A stretch of 62,077 nucleotides of DNA, the filler included, from Squatina squatina (lineage: Eukaryota): the NCBI GenBank assembly GCA_031763465.1. It is 3 parts of 3 records of this genome, joined end to end, with 100 filler letters (N's around TTAATTAATTAA, not from the genome) between each part and the next. Parts side by side here need not be neighbours in the genome. Positions count along the whole stretch, not along the records: positions 20,957 to 48,203 come from JARFOE010000115.1; positions 48,304 to 62,077 come from JARFOE010000162.1; 1 more part is not named here. One strand, given 5' to 3'. Numbering within the stretch: position 1 is the stretch's first letter; each line of letters begins with the position of its first letter. Under the pieces are notes generated by a model. It was not told the DNA's origin. It saw only the letters and a program-made list of their open reading frames with translations, and made no database searches. The translations under genes and the position numbers were made by a program. Of this stretch, positions 37,215 through 50,017 are shown piece after piece.

Positions 37215-37724
37215 AGAACGAAGGCTAGGTCACTGATCTGCTTATTGATTCACTTTTTCCCCGGAGGTTAATTTGACCGTAGGTTAATTTGATTGTATTG
37301 GGTTTGCCCGCTGCTCAGATTTATTACTTAATTTCCAATCTGAAGTATATCACAGCAATGACAGGTGACCGAAAATAAGAAGTTGTTTTTTTGAAGATTG
37401 AATGAAACAGTGTCCCTTTTACAAGCGTGCAAAGACCTGTTAAGTGTCACTCATAAAAGGTGACAGTTATTTTGGATTAAAAACACAATCTATTTTGATG
37501 CATGTCACACTTTTAAAAAAATTAGAACGGCTGTAGTTCATTAAATGAGTTTCAGAGATCACAAATCTCATGTAAACATTTCCATAATGTTGACAGGCCT
37601 GCCATGCTGTGGAGTGTAAATCATGTAAGCATGTGTTGAAGTACCTCCTTTGCATCTTGTAGCAATCTTATATGTATCCTCCAATCTAATTACTGAAAGG
37701 TTACATGAATAACTTTCATTGATG

Positions 37725-37960
37725 TAGTGCCTTTAACACGAACAAATTCCCCAAGGCATAATCACAGAAAATGGACGAGCAGTCAAAGAATCAGAGAGAT
37801 GGGTGGGGACCAAAATCTCCGTCGGAGTGGTGGGTTTTAAGGAGAGTCTTCTGAGGCTGAACCAGACTTTTTGCAATCTCAGCATCCTGCTTGACTCTGA
37901 GCTGAGCTTCCAACTCCACATCCTCATCACACAGACCGCTTACTTCCAGCTTTGTAGCAT
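37725..37960. mobile_element. Two abutting L2 fragments in opposite orientation
   Basis: Plus-strand LRLNQTFCNLSILLDSELSFQLHILITQTAYFQL from ~37851 is preceded by a minus-strand L2 3'-end-like piece. Confidence 0.7.
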
Positions 37961-40399
37961 TGTGAGCAGCATTTGGAAGGAACCTGTAATGGAGGAGTCG
38001 AGTTATGTTCATATGATGGTATTTTTGAATATCTGTTCAGGATGAAAGGGCTTCAGGGATCTGGTGGAGCTGATTTTGTTTGGAGGATTCCTCATGCTTG
38101 GTATGTGATATGGTTTAAAACAAGGGAGTGGTGGTTGCAAGAATAAAATAGAGAAAATAAATCCACCTTGTGCACCAACNNNNNNNNNNNNNNNNNNNNN
38201 NNNNNNNNNNNNNNNNNNNNNNNNNNNNNNNNNNNNNNNNNNNNNNNNNNNNNNNNNNNNNNNNNNNNNNNNNNNNNNNCCACCCCCCCAATGAGCTGAA
38301 CTTCTTTATTCCGTTCACTCCCTCAGTTTTCTCATTCCTGTCATATGACTGAATTTAAATAACCTCTAATTTTTGTTGTCCTGAACTCAAAGCACTAACA
38401 GAGAACACATTACACAGAGGACTCCATTATTAGAGTTCAGTGAATAGGATTAGACGCGAGGCTTTGATAGGCTTTATAAAGTAGTGCTGTGGGGAAGAAT
38501 GACCCTGTTGTTGAATGATTTCTTCAGAACCAATAAATCTTCTCTTTAATTACATTCTGAAATTACCAATCTAAAATAAAAATGTACCTATACTTCTGCT
38601 ACTGCTGAAAAATATTATGGCTGATAATAAAAAGAAAGAAATTATCATTGGACACAAATGCAATAAAATGATCTTTAAGGCACTTTGACAAAAATCCCAT
38701 CTTGCGTAAAAAATTGGATCAATATTGTGTGAATTCAATCCACCCATTCATCCTGTATGCAAGACTCCAAACCAATTAGGCAGTAAAGCAAATCTCGATC
38801 AGATTATAGGAAGTCAGAAAGCAGGGTTTTGATTAGCTGAGAACTATGTTATTCTCTCCTCTCAATAGAAATGCAGCTTAACCTTGATTGAGCTTCAGAG
38901 CCTCTTTATTTGGCTTCTCAGAAGATCTTCCACAGACAGTGGCTGTTTTGTAATTTTCAAAATATAATACAAAGGCCTGTACAATTAAATAGATCCTGCC
39001 TTAATGAAAAGGTATTCAGCATTTTTTTTTGCCAAATCATGAGACAATAACAAAATCATTTTGAAACATATTGTCTTTTGCCATTTCCACAACTAAAATG
39101 ATGCATGGCTCCCCTGCAATCCTACACATAAAAATGATTTGAGTAGACAACATTCCTTTAGTTACGACAGTGAACTGTAGTTACACGTCTCCCTCGGTTT
39201 CAGCGTGCAGCGAATGCATATTTAAAACATCCATTATTACTTCTCACTTTTTGGTCATAGCAACCCAAATGAAGAGTTTCAACTGAATTGACAGTACCAT
39301 TTCCAAGAATGGTAGGAAAGGACAAAAGCAAAACCCTTTGGTTACCATCTTATTCAGTTAGAAAGTTTGCAAAATTCCCCGGTTGTGCGCCTCCTGTTAA
39401 CGCCTCCAGGGGGCGGTAACAGGAGGCGAAAGTATTTTCGCCCGNNNNNNNNNNNNNNNNNNNNNNNNNNNNNNNNNNNNNNNNNNNNNNNNNNNNNNNN
39501 NNNNNNNNNNNNNNNNNNNNNNNNNNNNNNNNNNNNNNNNNNNNCTACTTGAATAAACCATAACAGAAAACCTTGTGACAGTTTAACTTGGTGCTGAAAT
39601 GTTGATGAATTCTTAAAAGGTGTTTACTGTAAGAATAACCACTTCAGATTTTGTCACTTGCTAAATATGGCAATTCACTTTCTTTGTTAAGAAGCGTCGA
39701 TGGTTTCAGTGTTTCAATGATTTGGTTTGTAATTGATGCAAAGTGTCAGTTATTGAAAACCACCACTAGCCTGGCTCTATTGTATAATATTTCATAAGCC
39801 CGTAATGCGAGGAGGATTCCTGGAAAGGAAATGTTATCTCAAAAACATGTGAATTTCAAAGGAATCTCCAGAGACATCTGGAAACCATTAAAGCCTCCAA
39901 ATTCCTTCAGAACGGCACTTTCCATAATAGATCTGATCTGCCAACAACTGTGCTGCAGGAATTTCTTTTGATCACAGACCTCACATTTTGCAGTAAAAAT
40001 TAACTGCATACCTCATTAAAATTGATTTACATTTTTTCCAAGTAGATATTGCACTGTAATTACCATTTTATTAACAAGTGTTTATTTTCAGTAGTTTCTT
40101 ATTTATTAACAAAGATCCTTACAATTAGCGGGCACGTAGCTGGCAGCTTAATCTTATCCTATCCTTGAATATACACGGAGGTAGAATTCAGTGATCCATT
40201 ATTAAACAATCATTCGGCGGCCATAGGGCAAATCAGTTAAAGCATTTCTTTCACAACTCTGTAGTTACAGGGTTCTAAGCAGTGCCAGACCAGCTGTGCA
40301 CATGCACTATATGCATCACTATATGAGGCCTGTATTGGTAAAATTAGCATTTACAATACAGGTCCACTGATGAATGTCCTATGAACTCGAGTTTTCAGT

Positions 40400-40785
40400 T
40401 TCATTACTAGTTTTACTTTGACAGTTTTGATTCTAGGCCTACACTATGAGCATTGTTCTGGATATATAGAGATGATTGGACTTGGGTACAGGGAACACAA
40501 TCTCAAAATTCGCTGACAAAACAAAAGTAAGGGATTTGGCAAGCAGAGACAAGACTGTAGAAGACTTCAAAAAGTCACGGACAGGTTAGCAGAATGGGCA
40601 GGCAGGTGCAAGTTGAAGCCAAGAAATGTGAAGTAATGCATTTTTGGAGGAAACGCAAGGAATAGGGGCATAAATCAATAGAAAGATGATGAATGTTGTG
40701 GAAGAACAGAGAAATACAGGAGTGCAAATAATTCCTTGGAAATGTAATTGCAGGTAGATAAGCCATAAATAAAATCAATAGCATT
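40400..40785 (+). mobile_element. Decayed CR1 reverse transcriptase fragment
   Basis: KFADKTKV...DCRRLQKVTDRLAEWAGR...KCEVMHF motif series. Confidence 0.85.
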
Positions 40786-40885
40786 NNNNNNNNNNNNNNN
40801 NNNNNNNNNNNNNNNNNNNNNNNNNNNNNNNNNNNNNNNNNNNNNNNNNNNNNNNNNNNNNNNNNNNNNNNNNNNNNNNNNNNNN

Positions 40886-41613
40886 AGATCTTCATTTATT
40901 TCCTTAGCTCTGCTGTTATAATAGTCGTTGTTTTCATCAACTTTAGTATCAGTTGGTCTAGTGTTTTTGCCTTGTTCCTTCTGTTGATCAATTTGCAATG
41001 CATGAAGAAATGGGCAGTCCTCAGCTTCATTACTGAACTGCCCAGTGTCACAGCTGTTCATCTTCAAGGATGCCACATGATTAACACAGTCCTCCAGAAG
41101 CTGAGACACATAATTATCAGCCTCTTGTGGCCTTGGATTGCTGGAATTACTCTGATGATCCTTCTTTGGTCCTGAATGGCAATCGTTTTTGTTAAAATTG
41201 CCCAGTACGTCAGATGTGATACGATTGCTAACCAAAGCAAAGCAAGAAGAACAAAGCATCACCTCAGCAAGATTGGATTCCACTGATTTCCTACAGTTTG
41301 GGCAAAGAATGTTTTTATTGATTTCCACTATAATGATAGATTCTGATGTTGCTGCAGTCTCTCCTGTTGATACCATCGTGTTCTTCAGCTCTCCATGGGG
41401 GTGAGTTGTCAATAATGCATGCTTCTTTAATAAAGTAGCTGGGACAACTTTGGTTGCAGAGCTATGATTACTCTGTAAGATCCCGGGATCATCATCCCTA
41501 GACTTCAAATTCGTTGACAAGCAAACATCATTATTAGTTGATTTAACAAATGAGGGAGTTGCATTTTGATCATGAAAATTCATTCTATTTTCATTTTTTC
41601 CATTCTGTTGCAT
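40886..41613 (-). CDS. AMER3: Probable C-terminal part of AMER3 (~243 aa, runs into N gap)
   Basis: Stop-free ORF on the same strand, downstream of the AMER3 N-terminal half. GETAATS and QLLEDCVNHVASLKMNS resemble human AMER3 ESAATS and MLAGCVARVAALKISS as I recall them. An in-frame TAA lies two codons upstream of the ATG, so the link to the 5' half is unresolved. Confidence 0.6.
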
Positions 41614-41849
41614 TGTTTAAATTTTAGATGCCAGAATCCGCTGTATTTCGCTTTTGTATTTGGAATACTATTTACCTTCAGGTTAAAGGATGTGTTAAAC
41701 ATAGCACGCAAAGAAATAGGCCCTTCTCAATTAATTATGGAGTACCATTTTGAACTCAAAATTCTGAGCAAAAGCATTCCGATTGAGTGATGAATATATC
41801 CAGAGTGTGCCTTTGTGAAATGCTAGCAATTTGATAGTTCAAAGCAATT

Positions 41850-42440
41850 TTTACTTTTAGAAGGGATTACTGCAAACATATAATGCGCCCTATCATACCC
41901 ATGGCAGTGTAAATCTTTAGAGTTTGCCTGCCATATTGATATATATCACATTGGTTTCCACCAAAAACCTGAGCTATTCTCCACATCGTCCGAAGCCCAA
42001 GTGATGCAGGAAAAGCTTCTGGGGGGGCATCCTTCAATGTTTCGCTTAATGCATCCTGATGCTTATTTGTCTCATTAATCACCACCTTTTATTGTGGGAA
42101 TGTTTGTCAGGATCGAGTAATAACTACCCCTGTTCCACGCTTTTCTGCAGAATTGATTATCTCCAAGTTGTATGCATGTGCAACATGTTTTGCACCCAAC
42201 TACACTGATGTTGCCCATGTCCACATTACAAGGGATTCTCCGTTCAGGTGCACAACCTCAAGAAATCCTTTTAAATATCCACAACTTCTTCCACACACCA
42301 CAATTTAATGTTTACTTCAAATGTAATAAGGCTGCTTACAAAACCCTCGACATTATTCATGAACATAGGGAATAGTTGAGAACCCAGTACAGATTCTGAG
42401 GAACTTTGCAAGTCACTAACTCCCTGTGTGACTGATGATC
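41850..42440 (-). mobile_element. Highly decayed CR1-like RT fragment lying between the two AMER3 ORFs
   Basis: SSESVLGSQLFPMFMNNVEG...ITFEVNIKL resembles PQGSVLGPLLFLIYINDL...KFADDTKL. Further degenerate CR1-like segments with stops follow. Confidence 0.6.
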
Positions 42441-42563
42441 ATTTATCATCTCTCTCTCTCTTTNNNNNNNNNNNNNNNNNNNNNNNNNNNNNNNNNNNNN
42501 NNNNNNNNNNNNNNNNNNNNNNNNNNNNNNNNNNNNNNNNNNNNNNNNNNNNNNNNNNNNNNN

Positions 42564-44299
42564 AGACTGACTATGTCTGTCCTTGACTGGTCATAACTTT
42601 CAGTATTATTTTGGACGTTGAAGCCAAACTCATTTGTTTCTGTCTTTTGCCTAAGCCAGTTTACTAGGCCCATTGCCAAAGAAAGTTCAGTGTCACAAAG
42701 TTTTAATAAGCATTCTTTGCCTTTCCAACTGCCTTGGAAGAACTCATGGCAGTTTACATCCACAGTAGGAGATGGAGCCATGTTTTCTTCAGCTCCTACA
42801 TAAAAACTATACATAGACAAAGGAGTTTGGGGCTGGGCCAGAGCATTTTGCAATGTTGATACTTCTTCATCTAAGATAGGACTCATCCTCGGCTCTTCTG
42901 GGTCATAAAAAAGTTCATAGAGGGCATCACCGCTGTAACTATCCCTAGGAAATCTCCGACTTACACAAGGGCTTTGTGAACCCTTGCTTTCTTCCTCTTC
43001 TTGCCCTGGAGAAAATGAATCATAGTATCCCTCATCACTGGTTGATGTCGATTCCTGATGGTCACTCTGTGATGTCCCCAGGCCTATGGAAGCATCTAAA
43101 TTCTTCTCAGCCTCCTCAAATTCTTCTTTTTCCATGATGTTTTGAAATTCTAAAGGTGAAAGAACTAACTGTTCATCCCCAGCTTTGAGTGCCAAGGAGT
43201 GTGTGCATTCTTCACTTATGGTTGTTTCCTGAACTATTTCACGTGCTGCATCAGAGTTGTTAATATTTTTCCAGAATCCATTTAGTTCCAGGCCATCTGT
43301 CTGTCCCGGCGATGCAAGTTGTTCCCCTCCACCTTGAAAAGAGCCACCTGAAGGAGTCTGTTTATCTTCACACCTTTCAGTTGCATGTTTAAAACTATGA
43401 CCTGTCTCCAGTTGGTCACTGTTTTCTTCATCAGCAAAAATCTCCCCACAGCCTGTGAGGGAATCAAAGCTCTTTAATGAAGCAACGTCCTCACAGAGTG
43501 TGCTGCTACATTCATGCGATGAGTCTGAGGGTGGGTCACTATCAGTAAAATACTGTGCTAAAGAGTCACCAGCATGAGTTAAAATCTTTGAACTTTTGGA
43601 TATGCCTTTATTAGGTTTTAATGTCACTTTACCACTGAAAAATTTAGAGTCTGGTTTAAGGATCTTGGTTCCCAATGAAGTTATTTTCTCCGGTCTATTT
43701 CTCCTCATAGTAAATAAACCCCTGAAGCCTCTTTTGGGCTTTCTCAGTGAAAGCCGTCTATTTGTAATGCATTTTGTGATTGATGGTAGTGGTTGAGAGG
43801 AAGGACTTGGAAGATCAAGTATTGAATGGTTAGACTGGGACTTGATCCTGCTTTCACACAGCCTATTCATAACAAAGGGCCCAGAGGACACCGCAACTTC
43901 AGAGAAATTGATGGTGTTAATAATTCTATCTTTATTTTTTTCAAGTGATGTCATTATCCTTTTATCTTGGGGTTTCTCCACTTGAGCACGTTCTCCATCT
44001 TGTGCCAAGGACACAAAACAGTCGTGAGTCTTGCTTTTTCGTACAGACCTCCGGACATTCCAAAATCCTAGCTGTTCCTCTTCTTTGTTTCTTTGTCCAG
44101 AGCTGCTTGTAACATTCCGAGCGTGCCCTGATTTCAAGAGCAGTTTCTTCACTTTTTCATCTTTGCAGGTGCCTCCACTTGCAACTGAACATTTATTAAC
44201 TGATCTTCGCTCAAAGTCGATATCAATGAAGGTCTCTGCATTTCTAACAGCCTGCTGCAGGCTGTACTTACGAAAATTTCTCGTTCTTCTTGGTTCCAT
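42564..44299 (-). CDS. AMER3: APC membrane recruitment protein 3 (WTX/AMER family), N-terminal ~578 aa, truncated by N gap
   Basis: Stop-free ORF starting MEPRRTRNFRKYSLQ. The ATG at 44299 lies just after a pyrimidine-rich acceptor (ctcttttctctttttag); the ORF-track start at 44305 is a GTG. It carries AMER motifs VRKSKTHD, RLSLRKPKRGFRGLF, CEDVASLKSFDSLTGCGEIFADE, TSDEGYYDSFSPG, FPRDSYSGDALYELF and the AMER3-type block SWKGKECLLKLCDTEL..MG.V.WLR. Confidence 0.93.
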
Positions 44300-47200
44300 T
44301 GCCACAAGTCATAAATGCTCTGCTAAAAAGAGAAAAGAGTCACTCATACCCTTCAAATACACATTTTTATATTTATGTGACTGTCTTCACTCTTTCAGAA
44401 GTAAATATGCATTTGGGCAATTTGTCTTAGTAAGACTTTATGATCAGCAGATTGAGGGATAGAGCTGAGAAAAGGAACATTTTCCCATCTTCAGTACTGA
44501 AATTAAACGGTGTGAATGTTAGTGTGCAAANNNNNNNNNNNNNNNNNNNNNNNNNNNNNNNNNNNNNNNNNNNNNNNNNNNNNNNNNNNNNNNNNNNNNN
44601 NNNNNNNNNNNNNNNNNNNNNNNNNNNNNNTCCCCTTGACAGTGTGACTGAGATTGGGGGCATGGTGTGTGGGGATGGGGAAGCAGTCCTGTGAGAAATA
44701 CATTTCTCTCATACTCCACATATCCTTAATAATGAGACACTGATTCTGATGCAAATGTTAATGCTGAGCTGTTCACTTCAGTTGGTTTTGAGTTGCCTCT
44801 TAGTTTGTAAAATAAATTGCTCCTTTCCTTACACTGAGATGTCCCTGCATGCAGTGCAGGAAGATTACTGTTTGCTGATGCTTGGATGAAAGTGGATGCA
44901 CTGCTCCAGAATAATGTCAGGCTTCTTTCCTCAACTACCCTGCTCGAAACTCGAGCAGTCATTCCTGTCAACATTCTCATCCTCTGAGGTGTGGTAGATT
45001 ATCACCGGTGCATGCATAGGTGAAGCAGATAAGTGTTTGTGACACAAGTGTAGATTGCATATTGATTTACTTGTGGTAGGTTATTTCAAAAACTGACAGC
45101 TTTTTGGCTCCAGAAGTGGATGGAGGTTCGCATTCAATGAAGGAAGACTTCAAAACAGCAATCCCCGACTCTGGTGTTTCTTTCAGTTACAGTTTTTATA
45201 TATTTGCTGAAGAGTTCATTTCTTCTACANNNNNNNNNNNNNNNNNNNNNNNNNNNNNNNNNNNNNNNNNNNNNNNNNNNNNNNNNNNNNNNNNNNNNNN
45301 NNNNNNNNNNNNNNNNNNNNNNNNNNNNNAAATTTTATTTCCACCTCTGTGTGCTGTTCTTTCAATTTTTCCGTCCCACGCTTGAGTAGCCCTGCACTCA
45401 CTTTGAGTGCTTGGGGCTGCTCTTCATGGATCGCAGGTGCCGTTGCCCACCATTCCCAGCCTTACCTTGAAATCACCTCAGCATTAGCCCTTCCCTTTAA
45501 GGGAGGGAAAGCGACTGTGAATCCAGCAGCGCTGCACTGGACATTGTGCAGGGCTCTGCCGCTACCGGCCCTCTTGCTCCATTTAACGCTCGAAGAGAAG
45601 TGGTAGCATTTGATTTAATGCTCCACTTCCTGCTTGGAGCGCTGAAGCGGAAGTTCCCGGCAGAATCAAAGGTTTAGCACCTGCAAAAGTTATTGCCACA
45701 AATGTGGCGCTACACAATTTCTAGCCCAAGATCCTGTGATTTTCTCCATTGAACAGCTAGGCTTATGCAAAGGTCCTATATTGTCAGTTTTTTCACTTAT
45801 TTCCTCATGGCAGATGACTGAAATATTCACGAGTATATATTCTAACCAAAGACATAATCAAGAATAAACAAGATATACAATTTATGCCACTTGTAAGCAA
45901 CACCTTCATGTTAAGTTTTACTTATGGATCTCCTGTGCAGCTAACTGTTTTCATACATGTACCTACCTCTATTTAACATATTTTGCCGGAGAAAATAAGA
46001 CTTTGCCTTTTCTTTCGTGCGTCGTTATTTTAATTCAGATTAGTTCAATGCAACTTGAATATGTATTAAAATGTCATGCCCTGCTTTCGAAGCAGTACTG
46101 CTGAGCCTCCAGCTCATCATTCTTTCTCTACGTGAGTAACAGAAACAACAGGACTCCTGTGTTAATAAGATGGTGGGAGAATTTTTCTGTACATTTGAAA
46201 TCACTGCCAAGAGAGTTGCTTGGAATAACTTTGGTTGCCTATAATTAACCTATTCCAGTTGCATCACAGAAAGTGAGACTCGCCTGAATATATAAAGAAA
46301 GAATTGGGAACTCTCCTGACAACACTTATTTCTCATTTCAGCTATTGTCTGGAACGTTTAAGGTGACGCACACATCCATAACCAGTAACTCTGCATTGTA
46401 CAGGGTTAAAAGTGACAAGGTAGGTGTGAAACTGTGTATCTGCATTTATTGAAATAACTGACTTATTGATATGACTGGTTCTCTGAGGCAGCACTTGATT
46501 CCCAACAACAGGAGGAGGAAGGGATTAGAATTCTTTCCTGGACTCTGTACTGCACCTACAGTATTACGTAATGGACAGGGAACAGTGATTATATAGAATA
46601 TTTTCTTGGCTTTAAACAGCATTCCCTTTTGAATAAAATGAATGTCATCATGATTGATTCATCTGCTAGTTGGCATCCAACGGGACATGCCCTGACCTAA
46701 TCACTGTTCCCCACTTTAAACATTATGTAATAATAATCTTGGGGGCAACACCCTCAAAGATTCACTAAATTAACTGCCTTCTATGAAATATCAAGCACTT
46801 GTCTCTGGTTAANNNNNNNNNNNNNNNNNNNNNNNNNNNNNNNNNNNNNNNNNNNNNNNNNNNNNNNNNNNNNNNNNNNNNNNNNNNNNNNNNNNNNNNN
46901 NNNNNNNNNNNNCCTCCTGCTCACCCCAGTCAGTGTCGGACACTTCATCACCTTCCACAGAGCTACAGGTTATGTCAGACAATGTCAGACACTGCATCAA
47001 TGTCCAGACAACAAAATCTGAGTTGGGGGGAAAAAAGTGATTTAGCATTTAATTGAAAAAATAACCCAACTTAATAGCAAACAGATGGAAATGACTTGTG
47101 AGAAAATTATGCTGTTGCTTCCTGCCTGTCTCCAGGGATGGAAGAAATAACTTTTTATAGAAGAGCCATTTCCTGNNNNNNNNNNACAGTATATTAGGGG

Positions 47201-47505
47201 CCACTCATTCAGCATTGAGGCTCTGCAGTGCTGTAACTTCAGGGCACTATGATCCCACACATTACCTCTGTCAGAGGAGTTAGAACAATTTCAGAAAAAG
47301 GGAACAGCAGTGCTTCAACATTTCACATAAGTAGGAGAGGCTGAGGAAATGATCTCTGTCATCATCATTTGGAGAAAAAAAAACACAGGACATGGTTGAT
47401 GGTGTGCATCGTGAAGCAGTGGAGTTTAGAGTTTGTCTGTACACACCCAAGGAAAAACAAACACGGTGCGATTTAAAGAGCAGCTCCGTACACCTGAGGT
47501 TCAGA

Positions 47506-47519
47506 CCGCCACCTAGTGA
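47506..47519 (-). promoter_or_regulatory. CTCF-like core motif
   Basis: Reverse complement TCACTAGGTGGCGG versus consensus CCASYAGRKGGCRS (one mismatch). Confidence 0.4.
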
Positions 47520-47989
47520 ACAGTGAATGCTGACTGGGTAATAAAGAAAATGACTAGATTTGAGTTAGGACCGGATTGGCGGGGGTGGTATTATCCGAGG
47601 GGAGGAAGAGGAGAGATGAAAATGGTTGAAGTGAGCCAAGGGGAGGAGCTAAATGAATGGGACGAGTCAAGTCCTCTTGATCCTGTCTTTCCTATGCTGG
47701 CATTAGGAGGTTTCACTGCAGGACTCTCCGAGTTGGCAATGATTATAGAACCCAGTGAGATTGTGTTTACTCTGCGTATCCTACAAGAATTTATTATTTT
47801 GACATTTTCCTATAGTTATTTCCTGAGATGGTGGCACAGAGTGTAGAACCAGCACAAACTTTTAACAGTGACGAGTTCATTGCACTCGTTTAAAAACTAT
47901 CCTTTTTACAAAATTATAAGTGTTTATTTCAGTGCATTTTCCATTTCTTGAAGCTAAAAGTTGGATTATGGCTTCCTCTACTGCTACTG

Positions 47990-48105
47990 ACCTTGCAGGG
48001 CTATGGTGGAGGAGAGTGGGGAGTGGGACCAATTGGACAGCTCTTTCAAAGTGCCAGCACAGGCACGATGGCCTGAATGGCTGCCTCCTGGTGCTGTATG
48101 ATACA
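47990..48105 (+). mobile_element. CR1 3' tail
   Basis: gcagggctatgg...gagtgggacca.attggacagctctttcaaag.gccagcacaggcacgatggcctgaatggc. Confidence 0.8.
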
Positions 48106-48203
48106 GTACAGCCATTTTCAACAAGCACTAGGCAACCTGAAGATTATTGGACAATTTCATTGTCGTTGCTCATCACCTGAGGGCAGGACACACAAAGATG
48201 GTA

Positions 48204-48303
48204 NNNNNNNNNNNNNNNNNNNNNNNNNNNNNNNNNNNNNNNNNNNNTTAATTAATTAANNNNNNNNNNNNNNNNNNNNNNNNNNNNNNNNNNNNNNNNN
48301 NNN
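48204..48303. other. Artificial scaffold linker (N44-TTAATTAATTAA-N44)
   Basis: Identical structure to 20857-20956. Confidence 0.97.
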
Positions 48304-48667
48304 CCGACAAATTAAGATGGCGGCCACACGACCTCCGCTTTAAGAGGGCCGTTGCAGTGACAGGTTTCCCTGTCGTTGCAACTGCCCGGCGCTGCAGCCG
48401 CCTCCCACGGGTGAATTCCACCCGCGGGACGCAAATGGTCCGCAAAGGGGTGTGGCGGCAGCGTGGTAAGGGTTGGCGCATGTTTTGACGTCATGCACCG
48501 ACCCACCGTGAAAATCAGCTGGCCAGGAGTAAAGGCCTTTGCGCGCTAGCTGAATTTCCCGAGAGGCAAGATGGCTGCCTCGCGGCGCCATTTTTGTTCC
48601 TGTTATGCCCCATTAGCGCCCCTCGGAGGCGCTAACGGGGCGCAACAGGAGATGAATTTCTAGCCCA
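48304..48667. mobile_element. GC-rich Harbinger-like MITE, family B (related ends at 39367-39444 and ~45330-45727)
   Basis: Terminal GAATTTCTAGCCC with a subterminal hairpin gcccc(a)ttagcgcc..ggcgctaa(c)ggggc. A similar hairpin cgcctcctgtta..taacaggaggcg is at 39388-39428. Confidence 0.65.
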
Positions 48668-49547
48668 AGAGGCTCCCAAGCAGAATCATAAAAAATGCAG
48701 GATGTCCATCCTTTTAGTCCTCAAACGTTTCAATCAATAAATAATAAGCCCCTATTAAATGCCTGCAGTTTTTTCCTTGAAGAAACCAGTCTGTTGAGGT
48801 GGGAAGAACATACGTCAGAACTCTATTTCTTTCCAAGCCTTACTCTCCAAGACAAAAAAAAAATTATCAGAATGTTCTCATGGGAAGAGTCAAAAAGACC
48901 TTCCACCACCATTAGTAAGAAATGTGAAAGCATTTGTGAATTTTCAACACATTCTTCAGGATCGTCTCCATACCCAGAACGTGAATCTCAGTTATTTCAG
49001 GCATGCATCCACATGTTGTCAGCACAGAAAACTTTCCTGCCCATCTGATCAAAGCGAAACCAGATGGCAGGCTTACTGCTCTCTGCAGTAATTGTAAATC
49101 ACAGCCACAGGCTGACTGGGATCCTACTGCACTGACATCATGCGCATCGGAAAATTTTACCAACAGCCAGCACAAAATCAATCATCTGTGACCTGGCTTA
49201 GTGGCATCAGGCGAGGAGAGGTTTGGAGAATTTGGAGGCACAATGCATTTTCGCACAGCCTATTAAAAAAGAAATTGATGAGAGTCTACATTTTTTTTTC
49301 TGTACTTAATTAATGATAAGTAGTGACCTATTATACGCCAACAGCTGCAAGGAATATAATGATTCCAGGTGTTTGTCTACTGTTATCTGTGTATTAAACA
49401 TTTCCCTTCCTTTTCAAAAAGAAAAACATGAAAAAGAAAAACCGAGANNNNNNNNNNNNNNNNNNNNNNNNNNNNNNNNNNNNNNNNNNNNNNNNNNNNN
49501 NNNNNNNNNNNNNNNNNNNNNNNNNNNNNNNNNNNNNNNNNNNNNNN

Positions 49548-49945
49548 CTCATAAGAACCTAAGAATTAGTAGCAGGAGTTGGCTATTCGGCCCCTCGACC
49601 CTTCTCCGCCATTCACTATGATCTTGGCTGATGTTCGACCTTAACTCCAATTTTCTGCCCGATTCCCATGTCCCTTATATTCCCCAGCTTTGAATATACT
49701 CAATGATTCAGCATTCGCAGCCCTTTAGAGCAGAGAATTCTAAAGATTCACAACCTGCCGAGTGAAGTAATTCCTCCTTATCTCAGTATTAAATGGCCAC
49801 CCTCTTAGTCTGAGACTATACACTCTAGTCCTGGACTCTCCAGCCAGCATCTGCACCATCAATCCTCCTCCGAATTATTTATGATTCAATGAGATCTTCT
49901 CTCGTTCTTCTAAACTCCAGAGTAATGGCCGAATCTGCTCCATAG
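49548..49945 (-). mobile_element. CR1 LINE 3' end
   Basis: cataagaa..aagaattag.agcaggagt.ggc.attcggcccctcga tail and a degenerate ORF2 end. Confidence 0.9.
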
Positions 49946-50017
49946 ATCCTGGTTCATTCACACTTGGCACGACTTACACTCACAGTGCTGCCGACTCCCT
50001 CTCCATTTCTCAACTCT

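Noticed and set aside
41850-42463. Direct coding continuation of AMER3 after the gap
   Set aside because: Stops occur in all minus-strand frames, and the sequence resembles decayed CR1 reverse transcriptase.
44631-45229. Misplaced AMER3 C-terminus or a separate exon (84-aa ORF)
   Set aside because: No frame is open across the contig, there are no clear splice sites, and there is no convincing AMER motif.
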